Positions 1 to 7,726 of a stretch of 32,000 nucleotides of DNA are shown here, in pieces (the first letter of the stretch is position 1; each line of letters starts with the position of its first letter). The translations under genes were made by a program, and so were the position numbers. The notes beneath the pieces are model-generated. The model made no database searches. It was not told the origin of the DNA and worked only from the letters and a program-made list of their open reading frames with translations. Source of the stretch: Ruminococcus albus 7 = DSM 20455 (lineage in GTDB: Bacteria > Bacillota > Clostridia > Oscillospirales > Ruminococcaceae); contig NC_014833.1 of assembly GCF_000179635.2 (NCBI RefSeq), positions 510,001 to 542,000 on the forward strand. Reading direction: 5' to 3'.

Positions 1-209
1 CGGTAAATGCCGAAAACTGTATATTCGATATACTGGGTGAAGGTGCAAGGGCTATGGGCTTAGGCGGTGCCGATCCTGAAACGGAAGTGAACCTGAAAAA
101 TTGCAGCGGCCATATCAAATTCAGCTCCAGCCATTGTGAGGTGTTTGAGGTTGCGGAGGATAAGCTGAAGCAGGAGGATTGTGATATCAAGATCAGTCTG
201 AATGAGTGA
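1..209 (+). CDS. 3' end of an unidentified protein-coding gene (partial; start lies outside the window)
   Basis: Frame 3 is open from base 3 to the TGA at 207-209 (68 codons). A strong intrinsic terminator follows about 14 nt later. No family was recognised from the 68 residues. Confidence 0.4.
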   Translation, partial: VNAENCIFDILGEGARAMGLGGADPETEVNLKNCSGHIKFSSSHCEVFEVAEDKLKQEDCDIKISLNE

Positions 210-222
210 TAATAAAAACATT

Positions 223-258
223 ATCGGCGGCGGAACGAAAGTTCTGCCGCCGATTTTT
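223..258 (+). terminator. Rho-independent terminator
   Basis: A 14-bp GC-rich stem (atcggcggcggaac / gttctgccgccgat) with a GAAA loop is followed by TTTTT. Confidence 0.75.
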
Positions 259-266
259 GTCCTATA

Positions 267-294
267 AAACGTTTGATTTCAGGAAACGTTTGCG
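267..294. promoter_or_regulatory. Two adjacent AAACGTTT-core palindromic motifs (LacI-family operator-like); the second is ggAAACGTTTGCG
   Basis: AAACGTTT occurs at 267-274 and 284-291. The extended 11-mer AAACGTTTGCG at 284-294 recurs exactly at 7599-7609 and 16140-16150. Confidence 0.4.
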
Positions 295-535
295 TAACTG
301 TACAAGTCAGTGTACAGCGAAAATCTTAGCGGGAAGATGATAGAAGAATTATTGCGGAGGAACAAAGGTTTTAATGAAAAAAATGATGCCGATCGGGATG
401 ACGGGTGTGAAATTTGCCTATAAAAAATCAAAATACTATATGTAGTATGAACAAAGATGTGTATCGGCAAAATAATGGTGGGTAAGTGAACCGGTAATTT
501 GCACAAAGAAAAATAATCAATACAAAAAAACACCC

Positions 536-547
536 GAAAACGTTTAA
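536..547. promoter_or_regulatory. AAACGTTT-core operator-like motif (cgAAAACGTTTaa)
   Basis: This is a CG-centred palindromic core in the 600-bp AT-rich non-coding region upstream of the LacI-family gene. Confidence 0.3.
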
Positions 548-804
548 AAATATGAACAGCCGGCATTTGATGTACGAAAAAATGTACGTTAGAGGGAATA
601 TCTATAAAAGTCGGTAACATTTTATGTAAATTTTGTACACTCATTATTGCGCCTGTTGCTGTTCTGGTAAAAAAATACAGCCCAAAAATTACAAATCAGT
701 TACAGAGCTAACACTTGAATTTACAAAGTGCACAAAAGCGCAAAGGCGTGTTTGTCTATTGCTACATAATTTATTACATCGGGCAGAAAAATTCCAAAAA
801 ACAC

Positions 805-833
805 TTGAAATTTGCACGAAAATATAGTATATT
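805..833 (+). promoter_or_regulatory. Putative sigma-A promoter of the LacI-family regulator and transporter operon
   Basis: TTGAAA (805-810), a 17-nt spacer, then TATATT (828-833). Confidence 0.4.
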
Positions 834-843
834 TCTTATTGGC

Positions 844-856
844 GGAAACGTTTGAG
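844..856. promoter_or_regulatory. AAACGTTT-core operator-like motif (ggAAACGTTTgag) just downstream of the putative -10
   Basis: The motif sits at about +5 to +17 of the predicted promoter, a position consistent with autorepression. A further perfect palindrome, TAAACGTTTA, lies at 877-886 inside the first codons of the gene. Confidence 0.4.
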
Positions 857-862
857 ATAATA

Positions 863-1921
863 ATGGTACGAACGCGTAAACGTTTAACCAACAGAAAGGC
901 GGAAACATCATTGGTTTCATTAAAAGATATTTCCGTGCGCTGCGGCGTTTCGGTCGCTACTGTCAGCAAGGCGCTGAACGGACATAAGGACGTCAGTGAG
1001 GCGACAAGAGAAAGGCTGCTTAAAGCTGCTAAGGAAATGGGATATTTCCCGAACTCCCAGGCAAGGGCACTGAAAACCAACAGAACACTGAACCTCGGTG
1101 TGATGTTCTCGGATGATGCGGGAAGAGGTCTTACTCACGAATTTTTTGCAAAGGTGCTCAACAGCTTCAAGACAGAGGCTGAATCGGCAGGATATGACAT
1201 CACATTCATAAATAAAAATGTGGGTCGTCAGAAAATGTCCACCTATGAGCATTGCAAGTACCGTAACGTTGACGGCGTGGTGATCGCCTGTACCGATTTC
1301 ACGACTCAGGATGTGTACGAGGTCATAAACGGTGATATACCTGTAGTGACTATCGACCACATATTTGACTGCCGCACAGCGATAATGTCAAATAATGAGA
1401 AAGGGATCGAGGAGCTTGTAAACTATGTGGCCGATATGGGTCACAAGCGTATAGCTTACATACAGGGCAACAGATCAGCCGTTGCGGACAGAAGACTTGC
1501 AGGCTTCTGCAAGGCTTGTATGAACAGAGGGATAGAAGTTGATTCTTCGCTGCTGCTTGCGGGGGATTACCACAATCCTGAAAAGACATACGAGATGACG
1601 AAGGAGCTTATTGCGATGAGCAACAGACCTACCTGTATATTTATGCCTGATGATTATTCATCAATGGGCGGGTTCAATGCCATCAATGATTCGGGGCTGT
1701 CGGTGCCTGAGGATATATCAGTAGTCGGATATGACGGGATCGCATATTCACAGCTGTTATCACCAAAGCTGACAACGTATCTTCAGGATACGGCTGCGAT
1801 CGGCACAGAGGCTGCAAAGCAGCTGATATCGCTGATCGAGAATCCACAGACGACCTTTACAGAGGTCATTACAGTAGACGGACGGCTCATTGAAGGTGCG
1901 TCGGTCAAAAAATTAAAATAG
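863..1921 (+). CDS. LacI-family transcriptional regulator (HTH plus periplasmic-binding-protein-like sugar-binding domain)
   Basis: The N-terminal HTH reads LKDISVRCGVSVATVSKALNG...EATRERLLKAAKEMGYFPNSQARALK, which is typical of LacI/GalR. The rest is a PBP type 1 fold. The ATG at 863 is preferred over the TTG at 812, which overlaps the predicted promoter. Confidence 0.9.
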   Translation: MVRTRKRLTNRKAETSLVSLKDISVRCGVSVATVSKALNGHKDVSEATRERLLKAAKEMGYFPNSQARALKTNRTLNLGVMFSDDAGRGLTHEFFAKVLNSFKTEAESAGYDITFINKNVGRQKMSTYEHCKYRNVDGVVIACTDFTTQDVYEVINGDIPVVTIDHIFDCRTAIMSNNEKGIEELVNYVADMGHKRIAYIQGNRSAVADRRLAGFCKACMNRGIEVDSSLLLAGDYHNPEKTYEMTKELIAMSNRPTCIFMPDDYSSMGGFNAINDSGLSVPEDISVVGYDGIAYSQLLSPKLTTYLQDTAAIGTEAAKQLISLIENPQTTFTEVITVDGRLIEGASVKKLK

Positions 1922-1988
1922 GCATTAATCGCGGCACAATGCTGCGAAAACAATAATATGATAATGCAAAATAAGGAGGAAATTTATC

Positions 1989-3371
1989 ATGGCAAATCTT
2001 AAGAAATTACTTGCTGGCGCTATGGCTCTGTGCATGACAGGCGCAATGTTCGCATCATGCAGCCCCGCTAAGGACGGCGAAAAGGAGCAGAAGAAGGGTT
2101 CTGACGCTTCCGCTAAGACAATCAGGATCTATACTTGGAACGACGAGTTCAAGAGCAGACTGAGAAATTACTATCCTGAGTATGACAAGGAAAAGTCCGG
2201 CTTCTCCGTAGATGCTGACGGCACCGAGAAGGTTGGCGAGCACGAGTACCTGAAGGATGGCAAGGAGATCGTTTGGGTTACAACTCCTTCTGCTGATAAC
2301 GCATATCAGAACAAGCTGGATACTGATCTTGAAGCTCAGAGCAAGAACGAAGATAAGATCGATATGTTCCTGGTAGAGGCTGACTACGCTCTGAAGTATG
2401 TTAACGGACAATATGCAATGCCTATCAGCGATCTGGGTATCACTGATGCAGATCTGGCTGACCAGTATCAGTACACCAAGGATATCGTTACAAGCTCTGA
2501 CGGCGTTCTGAAGGGTGTTTCCTGGCAGGCAACTCCCGGTCTGTTCGCATACAGAAGAGATATAGCTAAGGCAGTTCTTGGTACAGATGATCCTGCTGAA
2601 GTTCAGGCAGCTATTTCTGACTGGGATAAGTTCAACGCAGTAGCAGCTCAGATGAAGGAAAAAGGTTACTTCATGCTGTCCGGTTATGATGATTCTTACA
2701 GAACCTTCTCTAACAACGTTAGCCAGCCTTGGGTTGACGGCGACAAGAATATCGTTATAGATGACAACCTCATGAAGTGGGTTGACCAGACTAAGGAATA
2801 CACCGACAAGGGTTACAACAATGGTACATCTCTGTGGGCAGATCAGTGGAGTGCTGACCAGTCTGCTGACGGTAAGGTATTCGGCTTCTTCTACTCCACA
2901 TGGGGCATCAACTTCACACTGGCAGGCAATGCTAAGAGCAATGATCTGTACTACGTTTGCCCAGGTCCTCAGGCTTACTACTGGGGTGGTACTTGGATCT
3001 GTGCAGCTGAAGGCACCGACAACAAGGAAACTGTTGCTGACATCATGAAGAGCCTGACCTGCAATAAGGATATCATGCTCCAGATCACAAAGGATACTCA
3101 GGACTACACAAACAACAAGGCAGGCATGGAAGAACTCGCTGCTGACTTCAGCTCTGAATTCCTCGGTGGTCAGAACCACATCGCTATGTTCGTTGAGGCA
3201 GCTCCCAAGATAGATGCTTCTAAGATCGGTCCTTACGATCAGGGTCTGAACGAGGCATTCCAGGCTGCATTCAAGGATTACTTCACCGGCACTGTATCTA
3301 AGGATGAAGCTCTTGCTAACTTCTATACAAAGGCTAAGGAGAAGTATCCTGATCTTAACACTCCTGCATAA
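1989..3371 (+). CDS. Carbohydrate ABC transporter substrate-binding lipoprotein (CUT1 family)
   Basis: AAGGAGG RBS. Signal peptide with lipobox (MFASC). A 460-aa solute-binding-protein-like sequence lies immediately upstream of two MalF/MalG-type permeases. Confidence 0.88.
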   Translation: MANLKKLLAGAMALCMTGAMFASCSPAKDGEKEQKKGSDASAKTIRIYTWNDEFKSRLRNYYPEYDKEKSGFSVDADGTEKVGEHEYLKDGKEIVWVTTPSADNAYQNKLDTDLEAQSKNEDKIDMFLVEADYALKYVNGQYAMPISDLGITDADLADQYQYTKDIVTSSDGVLKGVSWQATPGLFAYRRDIAKAVLGTDDPAEVQAAISDWDKFNAVAAQMKEKGYFMLSGYDDSYRTFSNNVSQPWVDGDKNIVIDDNLMKWVDQTKEYTDKGYNNGTSLWADQWSADQSADGKVFGFFYSTWGINFTLAGNAKSNDLYYVCPGPQAYYWGGTWICAAEGTDNKETVADIMKSLTCNKDIMLQITKDTQDYTNNKAGMEELAADFSSEFLGGQNHIAMFVEAAPKIDASKIGPYDQGLNEAFQAAFKDYFTGTVSKDEALANFYTKAKEKYPDLNTPA

Positions 3372-3414
3372 TCAGGAAGAGTTAAGGACTAAATAGTCAA
3401 AAATCAAACAGCTG

Positions 3415-3448
3415 AAACGGGGACGGTAAAACCCGCCCCCGTTTTTCG
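3415..3448 (+). terminator. Intra-operon hairpin followed by a T-run (partial terminator or attenuator between the binding-protein and permease genes)
   Basis: aaacgggg...ccccgttt stem with TTTTT. This is a common arrangement that gives excess binding-protein transcript. Confidence 0.5.
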
Positions 3449-3501
3449 GCTTAAATAAAGATATCAGCAAAAATAAAAAGCAGTTTTAGAGGGTGCATTT
3501 A

Positions 3502-4425
3502 ATGAAACATAAGTCAATCAGCTATGCAAAATGGGGCTACATCTTTGTTATCCCTTTTTTTGCTGTGTTTATTGTTTTTAACCTTTTCCCCCTGCTGTCG
3601 ACATTCAATAATTCTTTGTATGAGTACTATAAATCCAACGGTGTAACTTTTGGACCGAAATGGATTGGACTCCAGAATTATACAAAACTGTTTTCGGCAG
3701 AGGTAAACGTTGGAAAGTATTTCATGAATACTTTCATTATCTGGCTCATGGGCTTTATCCCCCAGATATTCTTCTCTCTCCTGTTCGCTTCATGGTTCAC
3801 TGACCTTAGAATGAAGCTCAAGACAGGTGCATACAAGATCATATTCTATTTGCCTAACGTTATCATGGCAGCTGCAATGGGTATGCTTTTCTTCACAATG
3901 TTTGACCAGAGCGGTCCTATGACAATGCTGCTCAAGCCTTTCACAGGCGGCGTAGCTTATAAGTTCTTTGAGAATGTTTGGTCACAGAGAACTATCATCG
4001 CACTTATCAACTTCATGATGTGGTATGGTAATACTACTATCATGCTGATGGCTGCGATCAACGGTGTGGATCCTTCGCTGTATGAGTCTGCACAGATCGA
4101 CGGTGCTAATCCGTCTCAGACTTTCTGGAATATCACTATTCCTCTTATCAGACCTATCCTTGTTTATGTGCTTATCACATCTCTCATCGGTGGTCTCCAG
4201 ATGTACGACGTTCCTCAGATCATCACCAAAAACGGTGACGCTGTAAACAGAACATCTATGACTATGATCATGTATCTCCAGTATCAGATGAACATAGGTA
4301 AAAACTACGGCTATGCCGGTGCAATATCTGTTGTACTGTTTGTTGTTGCAGCAGCTCTCTCTATGTTGGTATTCTATATCAATTCTGATAAGGATGAGAA
4401 AAAACGTAAGAAGGGAGTGAAGTAA
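3502..4425 (+). CDS. Sugar ABC transporter permease (MalF/UgpA-like)
   Basis: Six predicted TM segments and an EAA-loop-like motif (YESAQIDGANPSQTFWNITIPLIRP). The ATG at 3502 is preferred; the ORF is open from the GTG at 3493. Confidence 0.9.
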   Translation: MKHKSISYAKWGYIFVIPFFAVFIVFNLFPLLSTFNNSLYEYYKSNGVTFGPKWIGLQNYTKLFSAEVNVGKYFMNTFIIWLMGFIPQIFFSLLFASWFTDLRMKLKTGAYKIIFYLPNVIMAAAMGMLFFTMFDQSGPMTMLLKPFTGGVAYKFFENVWSQRTIIALINFMMWYGNTTIMLMAAINGVDPSLYESAQIDGANPSQTFWNITIPLIRPILVYVLITSLIGGLQMYDVPQIITKNGDAVNRTSMTMIMYLQYQMNIGKNYGYAGAISVVLFVVAAALSMLVFYINSDKDEKKRKKGVK

Positions 4426-4427
4426 CA

Positions 4428-5303
4428 ATGGCAGCACCTATCGATGCAGTAGGACAGATGAGTAACTCTAGGGCATTGCTCATCAGAAGAGTAATTTCAT
4501 ACGTTGTATTGACAATATTTGCTATAATTTCACTGTTCCCGTTCTTCATTCTTCTTATCAACATGACTCGTGAATCAGCAGATATTCAGCAGGGATTTTC
4601 TCCTCTGCCAGGTAAATATTTAATAAAGAACTTCAGGGCTGTAATGAACAAGCCTGACTGGGCTATGCTCGCAGCTCTGAGAAACTCGTTTATCATATCC
4701 GCAAGCTGTGCATTCTTATCTTCATATTTTTCAGCACTCACAGCTTATGCGATCCATGTATATGATTTCAAGCTCAAGAAGTTCCTGTTTACATTTATCC
4801 TTATGATAATGATGGTACCTACACAGGTATCTGCACTTGGTTTTGTTCAGATGATGAACGACTGGGGTCTTACCAATAATTTCATACCTCTGATCATTCC
4901 TTCGATCGCTGCTCCTGCTACATTCTTCTTTATGAAGCAATACATGGACAGTGCACTGCCTCTTGAAATAGTTGAGGCAGCTCGAATAGACGGTTGTGGT
5001 GAGTTCAGAACATTCAACTCTCTGGTAACTCCTATTCTGAAGCCTGCATTCGCAGTACAGGGTATATTCATATTCGTATCCAGCTGGAACAACTTCTTTA
5101 TTCCTGCTCTGATACTCGATAAGCCCGAGCTGAGAACTCTGCCTCTGGTTATCAATCTCATCAGATCGGCTGACTATACCAAGTTTGATATGGGTGCGGT
5201 TTATATGGCAGTTGGTATTTCTATCATACCTGTTGCTATCGTATATCTCGTACTTTCCAAGTTCATTATCCGTGGTATCGCCCTCGGCGCTGTTAAGGGT
5301 TAA
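4428..5303 (+). CDS. Sugar ABC transporter permease (MalG/UgpE-like)
   Basis: EAA loop (EAARIDGCGEFRTFNSLVTPILKP) in a polytopic membrane protein. It starts 2 nt after the preceding permease. Confidence 0.9.
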   Translation: MAAPIDAVGQMSNSRALLIRRVISYVVLTIFAIISLFPFFILLINMTRESADIQQGFSPLPGKYLIKNFRAVMNKPDWAMLAALRNSFIISASCAFLSSYFSALTAYAIHVYDFKLKKFLFTFILMIMMVPTQVSALGFVQMMNDWGLTNNFIPLIIPSIAAPATFFFMKQYMDSALPLEIVEAARIDGCGEFRTFNSLVTPILKPAFAVQGIFIFVSSWNNFFIPALILDKPELRTLPLVINLIRSADYTKFDMGAVYMAVGISIIPVAIVYLVLSKFIIRGIALGAVKG

Positions 5304-5348
5304 TAAGATCGTAAGCTTATTAGTTGCTTATCATATTAATTTCGGGAG

Positions 5349-5385
5349 ACCGCTGTACTGCTTATTGGCAGTACGGCGGTTTTTC
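5349..5385 (+). terminator. Rho-independent terminator of the transporter operon
   Basis: A 13-bp stem (accgctgtactgc / gcagtacggcggt) followed by TTTTT. Confidence 0.75.
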
Positions 5386-5551
5386 GTTGCATTGTTACGG
5401 TATTATACTATTATCGTAGGCTGTAATAGTGCAGCCGCTATGATGGTATCGCACCATATTATTTAACCGAAGTTCTTTTTTTGAGGATCATATTTGGATG
5501 CATAAACAGGTATTTGAAGGTATTTTTGGGTAATACTTCGGCAAATTTCAC

Positions 5552-5580
5552 TTGATTATTATGTGGAAGTGTGATATAAT
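5552..5580 (+). promoter_or_regulatory. Putative extended -10 promoter
   Basis: TTGATT, a 17-nt spacer, then TGaTATAAT. Confidence 0.5.
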
Positions 5581-5625
5581 ATAAGCAGTTTAAACAAATT
5601 TTAACATAGAAATGAGGCTTGTATT

Positions 5626-7206
5626 ATGAAAATAACATTCATTGGTGCAAACCATGAGGTAACGGGAAGCTGTACCTACGTTGAAGTCGGTGACAAGAGA
5701 TTTCTTGTGGACTTTGGAATGGAACAGGGTACAGACCTTTATGAAAATGCAAAGATACCATGTTCGCCTTCTGCAATTGATTTTGTTCTGCTGACCCATG
5801 CACATATCGACCATTCGGGACTTCTGCCGCTGTTATATGCAGGCGGATTCTCGGGGAATATACACGCTACAAAGGCTACCTGCAATCTATGTTCCATAAT
5901 GCTGAGAGATTCGGCGCATATACAGGAATTTGAATCTGAGTGGCGAAGCCGTAAGGGCAGACGTAAGGGGCAGGAAGATGTTGAACCTCTGTATACTCTT
6001 GCAGATGCTGAGGGTGCAATATCAAAGCTGACACCTCATCCTTACGGTGAGATGATAGAGTTATGTGAAGGTGTCAAGGTGAGGTTCACTGATGCGGGAC
6101 ATCTTCTTGGTTCGGCAAGCATCGAGCTTTGGCTTACTGAGGGCAGTGAAACCAGAAAGATAGTATTCTCCGGAGATATAGGAAATCTTGACCAGCCGCT
6201 GATACGTGATCCTCAGTACATAGATGGTGCTGATTACGCAGTGATGGAATCGACCTACGGTAATCGCAAACATGAAAAGGTCACGAATTATGTTGAACAT
6301 CTGGCTGAACTGATACAGCGAACATTTGACCGCGGAGGAAATGTTGTGATACCCTCTTTTGCAGTTGGCAGAACACAGGAACTTCTTTATTTCATCAGGC
6401 AGATAAAGGAAAGGGAAATGGTGAAAAATCATGCAAATTTCCCTGTGTATGTGGATTCTCCCCTTGCAATAGAAGCAACAAGGGTATTCATGGAGAACAA
6501 GGAGAACTGCTTTGATGCTGAGGCACTTGAGTATGTTGAAAAGGGTATAAATCCTATTACTTTCCCCGATCTTCATATTGCTGTTACAAGTGACGAATCA
6601 AAGATGATAAACTTCGATAAAACCCCTAAGATAATTATATCCGCCAGCGGTATGTGCGAGGCGGGACGAATCAAGCATCATCTGAAACACAACTTGTGGC
6701 ATAAGGAGAGTCTGGTGCTTTTTGTGGGATATCAGGCTAACAATACTCTGGGCAGAAGCCTTGTTGAGGGTGCAAAGACTGTCAAGCTGTTCGGTGAAGA
6801 AATAAGTGTGGCAGCTGAGATCAGGGTGCTTCCCGGTATCAGCGGTCATGCGGATATCGACGGACTTGACAAGTGGATAGATTCAATGGAGCGCCCGAAA
6901 ACCGTGTTTATAAACCACGGCGAGGATGCTGTTATGGAGGAATACAAGCGTCATCTGGAGGAAAAGGGCTATAATGCCCAGACACCTTACAGCGGTGCGG
7001 AGTGCGACCTTATCACAGGCGTATTCACTCAGGCTGAACCAATAAAGGTGGTAAGAAAAACTGCACCCAGTACCGGATATCAGCGGCTTTGTGCATCGCT
7101 GGACAGACTTTCCGCACTGGTGGCTGCAAGCAAGGGTCTCAACAACAAGGATCTTGCAAAGCTTACGGATTGCATAAACAATCTGTGTGCGAAGTGGGAA
7201 GACTAA
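5626..7206 (+). CDS. MBL-fold metallo-hydrolase of the beta-CASP family (CPSF73-like RNA-metabolising nuclease, not RNase J-like at its N-terminus)
   Basis: HxHxDH motif (LTHAHIDHSG). A beta-CASP-like middle region and a C-terminal H motif (ISGHAD) are present. 526 aa. Confidence 0.8.
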   Translation: MKITFIGANHEVTGSCTYVEVGDKRFLVDFGMEQGTDLYENAKIPCSPSAIDFVLLTHAHIDHSGLLPLLYAGGFSGNIHATKATCNLCSIMLRDSAHIQEFESEWRSRKGRRKGQEDVEPLYTLADAEGAISKLTPHPYGEMIELCEGVKVRFTDAGHLLGSASIELWLTEGSETRKIVFSGDIGNLDQPLIRDPQYIDGADYAVMESTYGNRKHEKVTNYVEHLAELIQRTFDRGGNVVIPSFAVGRTQELLYFIRQIKEREMVKNHANFPVYVDSPLAIEATRVFMENKENCFDAEALEYVEKGINPITFPDLHIAVTSDESKMINFDKTPKIIISASGMCEAGRIKHHLKHNLWHKESLVLFVGYQANNTLGRSLVEGAKTVKLFGEEISVAAEIRVLPGISGHADIDGLDKWIDSMERPKTVFINHGEDAVMEEYKRHLEEKGYNAQTPYSGAECDLITGVFTQAEPIKVVRKTAPSTGYQRLCASLDRLSALVAASKGLNNKDLAKLTDCINNLCAKWED

Positions 7207-7230
7207 AGTATAAACAGGGAGGAACATATC

Positions 7231-7518
7231 ATGGATTTCAGACTTACAGTTAAGCAGAAGATAAGTAATGTTGAATTCGGTGAGGCGGATATCGTCAAGG
7301 CTGCAGGTGCTGACGGAAAATTCGAGGCGCAGGCGCTGCCTTTCGCAAAAACAGCTTCCAACGGATTTATCCGCAGCTGGGCTGAGGGCGTTGGCGTTAC
7401 CCTTGCTACTCAGAAAGACTGGGTAAAGAACATAAAGACAGGCGCTATGGAAAAGGTCGTTACCGTCCGTGACGGCGGCAAGCCACTGACTTACGTATTT
7501 GTACTGGAAACTTTGTGA
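7231..7518 (+). CDS. Hypothetical 95-aa protein
   Basis: A GGGAGGA RBS lies 8 nt upstream. The gene starts 24 nt downstream of the beta-CASP gene and has normal composition. No family was recognised. Confidence 0.55.
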   Translation: MDFRLTVKQKISNVEFGEADIVKAAGADGKFEAQALPFAKTASNGFIRSWAEGVGVTLATQKDWVKNIKTGAMEKVVTVRDGGKPLTYVFVLETL

Positions 7519-7596
7519 TATCCGACGATCGTAATACAATAAAACAATGAACCAAAGCCTTATTAGTTTTCGTACAATTCACCAAATTTTAATAAA

Positions 7597-7609
7597 TTAA
7601 ACGTTTGCG
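7597..7609. promoter_or_regulatory. LacI-type operator-like motif ttAAACGTTTGCG abutting the -35 of the phosphorylase promoter
   Basis: Exact recurrence of the 11-mer AAACGTTTGCG that is also found at 284-294 and 16140-16150. Confidence 0.5.
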
Positions 7610-7612
7610 TTG

Positions 7613-7641
7613 TTGCAATTATTGCAAAAGTATGTTATAAT
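7613..7641 (+). promoter_or_regulatory. Putative extended -10 promoter of the glucan phosphorylase gene
   Basis: TTGCAA (7613-7618), a 17-nt spacer, then TGtTATAAT (7633-7641). The -35 is embedded in a perfect 7-1-7 palindrome, TTGCAATtATTGCAA (7613-7627). Confidence 0.55.
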
Positions 7642-7726
7642 TAACAAGACGATTATTATATAGAGCATTACGGCGGGGTAGATTCATTGGTGTCGTGTGT
7701 TCCTATCATTTCAGGAGGAATGTAAA

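Noticed and set aside
279-644. 121-aa minus-strand ORF, and a 23-codon plus-strand ORF at 374-445, in the long AT-rich region upstream of the LacI gene.
   Set aside because: The 121-aa product is low-complexity and Phe/Ile/Ser-rich, with no RBS. The short ORF has a poorly spaced RBS (12 nt) and no recognisable features. The region is better explained as regulatory DNA carrying the AAACGTTT sites.
812-862. Upstream TTG start (812) for the LacI-family gene, given by the ORF track.
   Set aside because: The extension (MHENIVYFLLAETFEII) overlaps the predicted promoter and operator and adds a hydrophobic peptide not seen in LacI-family proteins. The ATG at 863 is more plausible.
2055-3179. 374-aa ORF on the minus strand, antisense to the ABC binding-protein gene.
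   Set aside because: It lies entirely inside a well-supported plus-strand gene. It has no RBS, and its product has odd composition with no recognisable domain. This is a shadow ORF typical of the antisense frame of a real gene. The same applies to the other long antisense ORFs in the track (920-1360, 3982-4437, 6061-6576, 6883-7539, 8510-9001, 14417-14926, 16541-17104, 17234-17734, 29179-29697 and others).
5570-5580. Identical 12-mer gtgtgatataat in the beta-CASP promoter (5569-5580) and the dynamin-operon promoter (18921-18932), considered as a shared regulatory element.
   Set aside because: The shared sequence is essentially the extended -10 consensus (TGnTATAAT) with two extra bases. Several other promoters in the window have the same architecture, so it does not imply co-regulation.
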